17,104 nt of DNA from Halalkalibacterium halodurans (GTDB lineage: Bacteria > Bacillota > Bacilli > Bacillales > Bacillaceae_D), in assembly GCF_004376175.1 (NCBI RefSeq), contig NZ_SNUY01000077.1, positions 1 through 17,104 of the forward strand, given 5' to 3'. Numbering within the stretch: position 1 is the first letter of the stretch; each line of letters opens with the position of its first letter. Positions 8,772 to 16,444 of this stretch are shown here, piece by piece. The notes beneath the pieces are model-generated. The model did not search any database, had not been told where the DNA came from, and worked only from the letters and a program-made list of their open reading frames with translations. A program made the translations under genes and the position numbers.

Positions 8772-8799
8772 TGAAACATCTTAAACGTTCATTCGTATA
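8772..8799 (+). promoter_or_regulatory. SigW-dependent (autoregulatory) promoter
   Basis: TGAAAC (8772-8777), 16 nt, CGTATA (8794-8799). This matches the Bacillus SigW consensus TGAAAC-N16-CGTA and lies about 35 nt upstream of the sigW ATG. Confidence 0.8.
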
Positions 8800-8832
8800 A
8801 GAAATAGATTGATGTAGTAGGAGTTATTATTT

Positions 8833-9396
8833 ATGGACAGTATTGATAAGAGACTTGTGCGTGAAGTGAGGGCTGGCGATGAACAAGCATTTGCCGAGCT
8901 TGTGGAGCTTTATAAAGATAAAGTGTATCAAGTAGCCTATCGAATGGTAGGAAATGTGCATGAAGCTCAGGATGTAGCACAAGAAGCGTTTTTGCGGGCA
9001 TATACAAATATTGATACCTACGATATTCAAAGGAAATTCTCCACGTGGTTGTTTCGCATTGCCACAAATGTGGCGATTGATCGACTTCGCAAACGGAAAC
9101 CGGACTTCCATTTAGAGGATCCAGTCCAAGGGGCAGATGGGTTAACGATTGAATCTCAGCTAGCGGCTGATGAGGAGCCTGTGGATGACCAAGTCATTCA
9201 AATGGAAACGAGAGATTGGATTCAGCAAGAAATCCAAGCGTTGCCACCAAAATATCGAATGGCTGTCCTTTTGAAATACATGGAAGATCTATCGTTGAAG
9301 GAGATCAGTGACATTCTTGATTTGCCTGTATCCACAGTCAAGACGAGAATCCACCGCGGTCGTGAAGCGCTGAGAAAGCGAATGCGACATGTGTAG
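8833..9396 (+). CDS. sigW: ECF sigma factor SigW
   Basis: 187 aa, closely colinear with B. subtilis SigW as I recall it (...YKDK.YQ..YRM.GNVHEA.D.AQEAF.RAY.NID..D..RKFSTWL.RIATN..IDR.RK.KPD... and TVKTRIHRGREALRK). Synteny with rsiW-cdaA agrees. Confidence 0.93.
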   Translation: MDSIDKRLVREVRAGDEQAFAELVELYKDKVYQVAYRMVGNVHEAQDVAQEAFLRAYTNIDTYDIQRKFSTWLFRIATNVAIDRLRKRKPDFHLEDPVQGADGLTIESQLAADEEPVDDQVIQMETRDWIQQEIQALPPKYRMAVLLKYMEDLSLKEISDILDLPVSTVKTRIHRGREALRKRMRHV

Positions 9397-9411
9397 AAAG
9401 GGTGTGAGCGA

Positions 9412-10053
9412 ATGAGCTGCGAACAACATTACCGAACATTAATTGATAAATATATTGATGGCGAAGCAACGGCTGAAGAAAGACAGGAACTCAACGAGCA
9501 TTTGGAAACGTGCGATGCCTGTTTTGAATACATGCTTGAAGTACGCAAAGTGGTCGCATTTGTCCAAAGTGCCTCCCATGTTCAAGTACCAGAAGGATTT
9601 ACGGAAAATGTAATGAAAAACTTACCGAAACGAAAACAAACGAATCGTTTCAAAGTGTGGATGCGTCGTTATCCTTTAGCAGTGGCTGCCGCGGTCTTCG
9701 TTCTTCTCATGTCGACCAGTCTTTTCTCCATGTGGTCCAGTGATGGGGAGCATGTGACGGTCACGGGTACAGGAAATGTATCAATTGATCAAGAGAGTGG
9801 CCGTGTCATCGTCCCAGAGGGAGAAGTCATTCAAGGGGATTTGGTTGTCCGCAATGGAGAGCTTATTATTGAAGGGGAAGTACAAGGGAACGTCTTACTT
9901 GTCAATAGTAGTCAATATTTAGCATCTCCTGGATCTGTGTCTGGTGAAATTGATGAAGTGAATCAAATTCTCGACTGGATATGGTACCATACGAAAAAGT
10001 TTCTTACGAAAGTCATTGATATTTCTGATGAAAAAAACAGTCCTTCCTCCTAA
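9412..10053 (+). CDS. rsiW: Anti-sigma-W factor RsiW (zinc-binding ZAS N-domain, one TM segment, extracytoplasmic domain)
   Basis: H-x3-C-x2-C motif (EHLETCDAC), a central hydrophobic segment (YPLAVAAAVFVLLMSTSLF), and a position directly after sigW. Confidence 0.88.
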   Translation: MSCEQHYRTLIDKYIDGEATAEERQELNEHLETCDACFEYMLEVRKVVAFVQSASHVQVPEGFTENVMKNLPKRKQTNRFKVWMRRYPLAVAAAVFVLLMSTSLFSMWSSDGEHVTVTGTGNVSIDQESGRVIVPEGEVIQGDLVVRNGELIIEGEVQGNVLLVNSSQYLASPGSVSGEIDEVNQILDWIWYHTKKFLTKVIDISDEKNSPSS

Positions 10054-10067
10054 GGGCTGTTTTTTTC
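10036..10067 (+). terminator. Rho-independent terminator after rsiW
   Basis: Stem ACAGUCCUU / AAGGGCUGU (one G-U pair), loop CCUCCU, flanked by an A-run on the 5' side and TTTTTTT on the 3' side. The rsiW stop codon lies inside the stem. Confidence 0.7.
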
Positions 10068-10226
10068 ATCCAGCCACGATGGTAGCAACATCGTTTCAAA
10101 GGTAAGATGCCATTACAATTGAGCTTGTAGCGAGCTTTGATGAAGAAGGGTAACTTGCAGAATAGGTTTATAAAAGGTGGAAGAAACTACAGAGAATGCA
10201 AAGAACCGCTTCCTCTTTAGAAAATG

Positions 10227-10235
10227 TGTTATAAT
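10227..10235 (+). promoter_or_regulatory. Candidate extended -10 promoter for cdaA-cdaR-glmM
   Basis: TGTTATAAT (TGnTATAAT). The -35 (CGCTTC) is poor. A small 5' hairpin follows: CCTTGC-GAAAT-GCAAGG at 10246-10262. Confidence 0.35.
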
Positions 10236-10422
10236 AGACATACTGCCTTGCGAAATGCAAGGACTTTTCTTTTCCAATAGATCCGTAATCACTTTTGTTA
10301 ACAAGTAAGACGAAATAACTTTGAATGGATACGATGCCTTGCAACCTGAGGCACGTAACGTAGATGTTTCACTTTATCAACTGAGCTCGAATGAATTGTA
10401 AAAATGGTTTGGAGGAAAGACC

Positions 10423-11247
10423 ATGTTTTTTGGAGAAAATCTTCCGTGGCTCAATTACCTAACGCAAATACTCGACATTTTAGTCGTTACCTATGTGATA
10501 TATAAAGCTATTATGATTATTCGCGGTACACGAGCCGTGCAGTTATTAAAAGGAATTACCGTTATTTTGATCGTATATGCGATCAGTATCTTCTTTAATT
10601 TGCGTACCCTTGGTTGGATCGTAAACCAAGCGATTACATATGGACTTTTGGCTGTCATCATTATCTTCCAGCCTGAACTGCGGAGAGCGCTAGAACAGCT
10701 TGGACGGGGGCGCTTCTTTGCTTCCCGTACCGCAAATGAAGAAGAGACGATGAAGAAAACGATTGATGCGATTGTCAAAGCATCCACTTATATGGGGAAA
10801 CGGCGGATCGGTGCATTAATCTCTATGGAGAGAGAAACGGGAATGACCGACTATGTGGAGACAGGTATCCCGATGAATGCCAATCTCACGTCAGAGCTAC
10901 TAATTAATACGTTTATTCCGAATACACCATTACATGATGGAGCTGTCATTATAAACAATGATACAATTCTTGCAGCAGCGTGCTACTTGCCCCTTTCAGA
11001 AAACCCATTCATCTCAAAAGAGCTCGGCACTCGGCATCGAGCCGCTCTTGGAGTGAGTGAGGTGACTGACTGCTTGACGATCGTCGTATCAGAAGAAACG
11101 GGTCATATCTCGTTGACAAAAAACGGCGAATTGCATAGAGACCTAGACGAGGAGCAGCTCCGCAGTTTGCTCGAAGCGGAGCTCATTTCAGAAGCGAAAA
11201 TGGTCACCACCTCGCGTTGGCAGTGGGGAGGGAAGAAGAATGGATAA
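10423..11247 (+). CDS. cdaA: Diadenylate cyclase CdaA (membrane-anchored DAC domain)
   Basis: Three N-terminal TM segments. DAC motifs are LHDGAVII and GTRHRAALG. GGAGGA SD. Synteny agrees. Confidence 0.93.
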   Translation: MFFGENLPWLNYLTQILDILVVTYVIYKAIMIIRGTRAVQLLKGITVILIVYAISIFFNLRTLGWIVNQAITYGLLAVIIIFQPELRRALEQLGRGRFFASRTANEEETMKKTIDAIVKASTYMGKRRIGALISMERETGMTDYVETGIPMNANLTSELLINTFIPNTPLHDGAVIINNDTILAAACYLPLSENPFISKELGTRHRAALGVSEVTDCLTIVVSEETGHISLTKNGELHRDLDEEQLRSLLEAELISEAKMVTTSRWQWGGKKNG

Positions 11248-12496
11248 GCTATTTAATAGCCCATGGTTTGTTAAAATTATTTCTTTTTTCCTTGCGATCA
11301 TGTTGTTTATTATGGTGAATGTAGATAATTTGAACAATCAGCCAAGCATTCTACCGACGTTTGATCACGGGAATCTTTCCTTAGGGGAGCTAGAGCTTAC
11401 CGTACTATACGATGAAGAACGATACGATATTGTGGAGCAAACGGAAACAGTTCAAGTTGATTTAGAAGGTCCAAGAGGAGTGCTCACTGTCTTTCGCTTT
11501 GCCCGGCCATCTTATGAAGTATTTGTTGATTTAACCGAAGCTGGTGAAGGAAGCCACACTGTCGACGTAGAACATAGAGGGTTTCCAGGCGATTTGGCAG
11601 TGACGGTTGAACCGAGAATGGCTCGCGTTCAGCTTGAAGAACGACAAACGGTGTCTGTGCCGGTCACGGTTGAAATGATCAATGAAGAAGAGATCGAACC
11701 AGGCTTTTCCCCAGGTACGCCAGTCGTCTCTCCGGTTAACATTGAGGTGACGGCTGGCCGGAGCAAAGTGGAGCAGGTTGCCTCTGCTGTCGTTTATGTT
11801 GATATGACTGGGGCTGAAGGGGAGATAGAGCAAGATTTAGAGGTTCAGCTACTGAATGCAGCAGGGGAGCCGCTGGATTTTGATCGCGAGCCTCAGACCG
11901 TCAATGTTCGTATACCTGTTGAGAGCCCATCGGTGGAACTGCCAGTACGCGTGACTCGTGCAGGGGAATTACCAGATGGTTTGAGCATTGAATCTGTAGA
12001 GATTGAACCAAATACCGTCACTGTTTATGGTCCGCAAGACGTCCTTGACGAACTTTCAGTGATTGAAGGAGAAGACCTGTCTGTCGATTTATCTGCGATC
12101 GAAGACACCGAAACGATAACCCTCGATGTTCCTGTACCTGAAGGAGCTGAAAGTGTTAGTCCGGCACAGATTGAAGTGACACTCCACATAGAAGAGGAAG
12201 ACGAATTGGAAATGGCAGAAGTTCCAATTGACATTGTCGGGATAGCTGATAATATGGAGGTTGTGTTTACGGATGGGAGCCCATCTGTTGTAGCCTTATC
12301 TGTTTTTGGAGCAAGTAAACATCTCCAAAACCTAGAAGTCGGTGATATTGACATTTATGTGGATGTGAACGGCTTATCAGAAGGGGTTCATGAGGTACCA
12401 TTGGAGTTTGAGGGCCCGTCATTTTTACGTTTTAAAGCAGATACATCCACTACAGAATTGAGATTGACAGCGCAATCGAATGATGAGCGCCGTTGA
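11240..12496 (+). CDS. cdaR: CdaA regulatory protein CdaR (YbbR-domain protein)
   Basis: N-terminal TM segment followed by repeated beta-rich acidic YbbR-like modules (...V.V.V...G.P..G). Overlaps the cdaA stop and sits between cdaA and glmM. Confidence 0.85.
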   Translation: MDKLFNSPWFVKIISFFLAIMLFIMVNVDNLNNQPSILPTFDHGNLSLGELELTVLYDEERYDIVEQTETVQVDLEGPRGVLTVFRFARPSYEVFVDLTEAGEGSHTVDVEHRGFPGDLAVTVEPRMARVQLEERQTVSVPVTVEMINEEEIEPGFSPGTPVVSPVNIEVTAGRSKVEQVASAVVYVDMTGAEGEIEQDLEVQLLNAAGEPLDFDREPQTVNVRIPVESPSVELPVRVTRAGELPDGLSIESVEIEPNTVTVYGPQDVLDELSVIEGEDLSVDLSAIEDTETITLDVPVPEGAESVSPAQIEVTLHIEEEDELEMAEVPIDIVGIADNMEVVFTDGSPSVVALSVFGASKHLQNLEVGDIDIYVDVNGLSEGVHEVPLEFEGPSFLRFKADTSTTELRLTAQSNDERR

Positions 12497-12509
12497 AGGA
12501 GAGATCACA

Positions 12510-13853
12510 ATGGGAAAGTATTTTGGAACTGATGGAGTGCGGGGAGTCGCCAATACAGAGCTCACGCCTGAGCTTGCGTTCAAATTAGGGCGTATCGGAG
12601 GGTATGTACTAACAAAAGACAAGGAAAACCCTAAGGTGCTCATTGGTCGAGACACTCGTATTTCTGGTGAAATGCTTGAAGGGGCTCTCGTAGCGGGTCT
12701 GTTATCTATTGGCGTAGAAGTTATGCGATTAGGAGTCATCTCTACACCTGGTGTCGCTTTTTTAACGAAAGCGGTTAGCGCCAGTGCAGGGGTTATGATT
12801 TCAGCCTCACATAATCCGGTGGCTGATAACGGGATTAAATTTTTCGGTCCTGATGGTTTTAAACTCCTTGATGAGCAGGAGAAGGAGATCGAAACGCTTC
12901 TTGATGAGGAAGATGCTTTACCAAGACCTACGGGTGCCGATTTAGGCCAAGCGAATGACTATTTTGAAGGAGCACAAAAATACCTTCAATTTTTAAAGCA
13001 AACGGTAGATGAAGACTTTACAGGTATACATATTGCACTCGATTGTGCAAATGGTGCGGCGTCCTCGCTCGCCCCTCACCTGTTTGCCGATCTTGAAGCC
13101 GATATTTCGACAATGGGGACATCGCCAAACGGAAAAAACATAAATGATGGTGTCGGCTCTACTCACCCAGAAGCTCTCGCGGCATTTGTTAACGCGAAAA
13201 ACGCCGATATTGGCCTTGCTTTTGATGGTGACGCCGATCGACTCATTGCCGTAGATGAAAAAGGAAACATCGTGGACGGCGACAAAATCTTGTATATTTG
13301 TGCTAAGTATATGAAAGAAAAAGGGCTGTTGAAGCAACAGACGCTTGTGACAACAGTAATGAGTAATTTAGGTCTCTATAAGGCGTTAGAAGCGTTGCAA
13401 ATCGATACGAAGCAAACCGCTGTAGGTGACCGTTACGTCATGGAGGAAATGCGTAAAGGTGGATACAACCTTGGCGGAGAACAGTCTGGTCATATTATTT
13501 TCCTTGATCATATTACGACAGGTGATGGCATGCTCTCTGCGCTACAACTCGTCAATATTATGAAGCAGACAGGAAAGAAACTGTCAGAGCTTGCTGAGGA
13601 GTGGGAGACATTCCCGCAAACCCTTGTAAACATTCGAGTAACAGACAAACATGCTGTGACAGATAACGAGAAGGTTGCCGCTGTGATCAAAGAAGTAGAG
13701 CAAGAAATGAACGGTGAAGGTCGAGTATTAGTTCGTCCGTCGGGGACAGAACCGCTTGTACGCATCATGGTTGAGGCGAAAACAGAAGAGCTATGTGACG
13801 CTTTTGTGAATAAAATAGCCGATGTCGTAAAGGCAGAGCTAGGGCAAGAGTAA
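12510..13853 (+). CDS. glmM: Phosphoglucosamine mutase
   Basis: [13 protein letters not shown]-terminus, active-site SASHNP, and the GDGDADR-like motif FDGDADR. I prefer ATG 12510 (AAGGAGAG SD) over the ORF-track start at 12480, which lies inside cdaR. Confidence 0.95.
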   Translation: MGKYFGTDGVRGVANTELTPELAFKLGRIGGYVLTKDKENPKVLIGRDTRISGEMLEGALVAGLLSIGVEVMRLGVISTPGVAFLTKAVSASAGVMISASHNPVADNGIKFFGPDGFKLLDEQEKEIETLLDEEDALPRPTGADLGQANDYFEGAQKYLQFLKQTVDEDFTGIHIALDCANGAASSLAPHLFADLEADISTMGTSPNGKNINDGVGSTHPEALAAFVNAKNADIGLAFDGDADRLIAVDEKGNIVDGDKILYICAKYMKEKGLLKQQTLVTTVMSNLGLYKALEALQIDTKQTAVGDRYVMEEMRKGGYNLGGEQSGHIIFLDHITTGDGMLSALQLVNIMKQTGKKLSELAEEWETFPQTLVNIRVTDKHAVTDNEKVAAVIKEVEQEMNGEGRVLVRPSGTEPLVRIMVEAKTEELCDAFVNKIADVVKAELGQE

Positions 13854-13874
13854 TTGAATCCTTTGCACATTCTC

Positions 13875-13916
13875 ATGCGCAGGCAACACGTTGTATGTTG
13901 CTTGCGCATATTTTGT
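13875..13916 (+). terminator. Rho-independent terminator after glmM
   Basis: A stem of about 14 bp, AUGCGCAGGCAACA / UGUUGCUUGCGCAU (one G-U pair), followed by AUUUUGU. Confidence 0.7.
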
Positions 13917-13984
13917 AGTAGTTGTTTGAAAATGTTGATCAGTCTGAATGAAACAAAAAAAGTTTGGAGATTTGTTGGGAATGA

Positions 13985-14013
13985 TTGACGTGCAGACAAC
14001 AATTAGGTATGAT
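13985..14013 (+). promoter_or_regulatory. SigA-type promoter of glmS
   Basis: TTGACG (13985-13990), 17-bp spacer, TATGAT (14008-14013), about 55 nt upstream of the ribozyme cleavage site. Confidence 0.65.
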
Positions 14014-14065
14014 TAGCCTGTCGAAGATAGAAAGGAGGATCGCAACAGAGGGAGACCTCTATGAC

Positions 14066-14227
14066 AGTTGAAGCGCCAGGACTATTCCACGGACGGTAAC
14101 GGAATAGTTGACGAGGAGAGGGTTTATCGAAGGTTCGGCGGATGCCCTCCGGTTGCACATGACAGCCGCAAGCTTTTGTAAAAAACAGAGGGGCGACCTT
14201 CTGGACAAAGGCAAAAGCGTTCATGCT
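14066..14227 (+). ncRNA. glmS ribozyme: glmS ribozyme (GlcN6P-activated self-cleaving riboswitch)
   Basis: Conserved core strings are A|GCGCCAGGACU (predicted cleavage between 14072 and 14073), GUUGACGAGGAG, UUUAUCGAAG, UUCGGCGGAUGCC and ACAGCCGCAAG. These are colinear with the B. subtilis glmS leader as I recall it. Located in the 5' UTR of glmS. Confidence 0.92.
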
Positions 14228-14246
14228 AACAAAAAAGAGATAAAGA

Positions 14247-14283
14247 GTGGGGGCAAGTAGCCCCCTCGGTTACTTGCCCCCAC
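14247..14283 (+). other. Perfect 13-bp GC-rich hairpin between the ribozyme and the glmS SD
   Basis: GTGGGGGCAAGTA (14247-14259), loop GCCCCCTCGGT, TACTTGCCCCCAC (14271-14283). No U tract follows. The SD GGGAGG starts 5 nt downstream. Confidence 0.8.
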
Positions 14284-14304
14284 GCCCGGGAGGTAACCAA
14301 AACT

Positions 14305-16107
14305 ATGTGTGGAATTGTAGGTTATATTGGAACGGAAGATGCGAAAGAGATTTTATTAAAAGGGCTTGAGAAGCTTGAATACCGTGGTTATGACTCAGCA
14401 GGAATCGCTGTGGCTACGGAAGAAGGGGTCCATGTTTTTAAAGAAAAGGGACGGATTGCGACCCTTCGTGAAGTAGTGGATCAAGGCGTAAAAAGTACGG
14501 TTGGAATCGGACATACTCGTTGGGCGACGCACGGTGAACCGAGCAAGGTTAATGCCCACCCGCATCAAAGCGAATCGTCTCGCTTTACCATTGTTCATAA
14601 TGGAGTCATTGAAAATTATGAACAGTTGAAGCGTGACTATTTGCAGGCCGTGACATTACAAAGTGATACGGATACGGAAGTGGTCGTTCAGCTTGTTGAG
14701 CGTTTTGTTCATGAAGGACAGAGCGTGGAAGCAGCGTTCCGCCACACCCTTTCCCTATTGAAGGGATCGTATGCCATCGCCTTATTAGACAAAAAAGACA
14801 CAGACACGATTTATGTGGGAAAAAATAAGAGCCCGCTTCTTGTCGGTGTTCAGGATGGGGTCAATGTCGTTGCGTCAGATGCGATGGCGATGTTACAAGT
14901 AACGGATCAATTTCTTGAAATTATGGATGAGGAAATCGTCATTGTCACAAAAGATGACGTGACCATTAAAACGCTTGATGGCACAGCCGTCAGCCGTGAG
15001 CCTTATACAGCAGAGTTAGATGCGAGCGACATCGAAAAGGGGACGTACCCTCATTTCATGTTAAAAGAGATTGATGAGCAGCCGTTTGTCATTCGTAACA
15101 TTATCCAAAAATATCAAAACGAAGACGGCTCTGTCCGTTTAGACGAAGACATTCGTCAAGCGGTTATGGAAGCTGATCGGATTTACATTATAGCAGCCGG
15201 CACGAGCTACCATGCAGGACTTGTCGGCAAACAGCTCATTGAAAACTTTGCAAAACAACCAGTAGAAGTGCATATTGCCAGTGAGTTCTTATACAATATG
15301 CCACTGCTGTCGAAACGCCCACTCTTTATCTTTATCTCCCAAAGCGGGGAAACGGCGGATTCACGAGGCGTTCTCGTCGAAGTGAAGAAGCTTGGCTACA
15401 AAGCACTGACGATCACGAACGTGCCAGGCTCTACTCTTTCACGTGAAGCGGACTTTACGCTTCATACGCATGCAGGCCCAGAAATTGCGGTGGCGTCCAC
15501 AAAAGCCTATACAGCACAAATGGCGGTACTCACGTTACTTGCAGCTGACACAGCGAAAGCAAAAGGAATCGACCTCGGGTTTGATCCAATCCAAGAGCTT
15601 AGCATTGTGGCCAACGCCATGGAGACACTATGCAACCAAAAGGAAACCCTTGAAAAGATTGCCCGCGATTATTTAGCGGTCACTCGCAACTGCTTCTTCA
15701 TTGGCCGGGCAACGGATTACTTCGTTTGCCTCGAAGGCGCGCTCAAGCTGAAGGAGATTTCCTACATTCAAGCAGAAGGCTTCGCAGGCGGCGAATTAAA
15801 ACACGGCACGATCGCGCTCATCGAAGAGGGCACACCGATTGTCGCCCTTGCAACACAAGAGCACGTGAACCTAAGCATTCGCGGCAATGTGAAAGAAGTG
15901 GCGGCTCGCGGGGCATTCCCGTGCATTATCAGCATAGAAGGACTGAACGAAGAAGACGACACATTCGTCCTCCCGAAAGTCCACAGCCACCTTACACCGC
16001 TCGTGTCTGTCATCCCGTTGCAGCTGATCGCGTACTATGCAGCCCTTCACCGCGGATGCGATGTGGATAAACCACGAAACCTTGCGAAGAGTGTGACGGT
16101 GGAGTAG
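14305..16107 (+). CDS. glmS: Glutamine--fructose-6-phosphate aminotransferase
   Basis: 600 aa with the MCGIVGY N-terminal nucleophile, two SIS domains, and the C-terminus [13 protein letters not shown]. Confidence 0.98.
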   Translation: MCGIVGYIGTEDAKEILLKGLEKLEYRGYDSAGIAVATEEGVHVFKEKGRIATLREVVDQGVKSTVGIGHTRWATHGEPSKVNAHPHQSESSRFTIVHNGVIENYEQLKRDYLQAVTLQSDTDTEVVVQLVERFVHEGQSVEAAFRHTLSLLKGSYAIALLDKKDTDTIYVGKNKSPLLVGVQDGVNVVASDAMAMLQVTDQFLEIMDEEIVIVTKDDVTIKTLDGTAVSREPYTAELDASDIEKGTYPHFMLKEIDEQPFVIRNIIQKYQNEDGSVRLDEDIRQAVMEADRIYIIAAGTSYHAGLVGKQLIENFAKQPVEVHIASEFLYNMPLLSKRPLFIFISQSGETADSRGVLVEVKKLGYKALTITNVPGSTLSREADFTLHTHAGPEIAVASTKAYTAQMAVLTLLAADTAKAKGIDLGFDPIQELSIVANAMETLCNQKETLEKIARDYLAVTRNCFFIGRATDYFVCLEGALKLKEISYIQAEGFAGGELKHGTIALIEEGTPIVALATQEHVNLSIRGNVKEVAARGAFPCIISIEGLNEEDDTFVLPKVHSHLTPLVSVIPLQLIAYYAALHRGCDVDKPRNLAKSVTVE

Positions 16108-16156
16108 GTCGGTTTTATAGTTTGACTTGGTGATTGAAATAAAGTTGCGACGTTTT

Positions 16157-16191
16157 ACCCCTTTGGATATGATTAGCCAAAGGGGTTTTTT
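16157..16191 (+). terminator. Rho-independent terminator of glmS
   Basis: Stem ACCCCTTTGG / CCAAAGGGGT (10 bp), 10-nt loop, then TTTTT. Confidence 0.85.
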
Positions 16192-16290
16192 ATGAACAGG
16201 AAGTGTGTGATTACCTTCCAAATCTTTTTGTTCTTGTCCTTCCTCTCTCTTGGATTGTTCCTCTTCATTATGTTTTGGATGGTTATTATA

Positions 16291-16327
16291 ACTATTTGTT
16301 AAGTTAGTAGAACTATTTGTTAAGTTA
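16291..16327. repeat. Direct repeat ACTATTTGTTAAGTTA x2, period 21 bp
   Basis: Copies at 16291-16306 and 16312-16327, next to the 24-bp iterons and inside the same ORF (encodes NNLTNSSTNLTNS). Confidence 0.85.
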
Positions 16328-16363
16328 TTAGAGATATTTGAAACATTATTGCGTAAACTTTTT

Positions 16364-16444
16364 TTAACGGTGACCGTTAAATTTTCTTTACGGTCTACCG
16401 TTAAATTATTTTTACGGTCTACCGTTAAATTTTCTTTACGGTGG
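16364..16444. repeat. Iteron-like array: 24-bp unit x about 3.4, each with a small palindrome
   Basis: TTAACGGTGACCGTTAAATTTTCT / TTACGGTCTACCGTTAAATTATTT / TTACGGTCTACCGTTAAATTTTCT / TTACGGTGG. Core palindrome is ACGGT-N1-2-ACCGT. The array lies inside the initiator ORF and encodes ...RKENLTVDRKNNLTVDRKENLTVTVKK. Confidence 0.9.

Noticed and set aside
10113-10304. 63-aa minus-strand ORF in the rsiW-cdaA intergenic region
   Set aside because: No SD and an odd composition. It overlaps the plus-strand promoter and leader hairpin, so it is likely non-coding.
12480-12509. The ORF-track start of glmM at 12480
   Set aside because: It lies inside cdaR and has no SD. The ATG at 12510 follows AAGGAGAG and gives the canonical [13 protein letters not shown]-terminus.
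13949-13974. A second SigW promoter: TGAAAC upstream of glmS
   Set aside because: Sixteen nt downstream is TTTG, not CGTA. The SigA-type TTGACG-N17-TATGAT promoter at 13985-14013 explains glmS transcription.
14003-14224. 73-aa minus-strand ORF
   Set aside because: It is antisense to the glmS ribozyme core and spurious.
15726-16070. Arg-rich 114-aa plus-strand ORF, and minus-strand ORFs 15768-16013 and 14395-14598, inside glmS
   Set aside because: Alternative-frame or antisense artefacts within a strongly conserved gene.
15871-16191. The C-terminal 107 aa of the 345-aa Rep-like ORF, considered as genuine coding sequence
   Set aside because: This part is translated from the glmS terminator hairpin and glmS antisense. 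It is more plausibly read-through after loss of the native 3' end than a real overlap of 236 nt.
16192-16230. A Tn7-type right end at the glmS attachment site
   Set aside because: I see no recognisable array of TnsB-type terminal repeats and no tnsABCD-like ORF within the visible 900 bp. The first gene is rep-like. This cannot be excluded for sequence beyond the window.
16364-16444. Considered whether the 24-bp repeats form a CRISPR array
   Set aside because: The units are contiguous with no spacers, there are only about 3.4 copies, they sit inside an ORF, and no cas genes are present.
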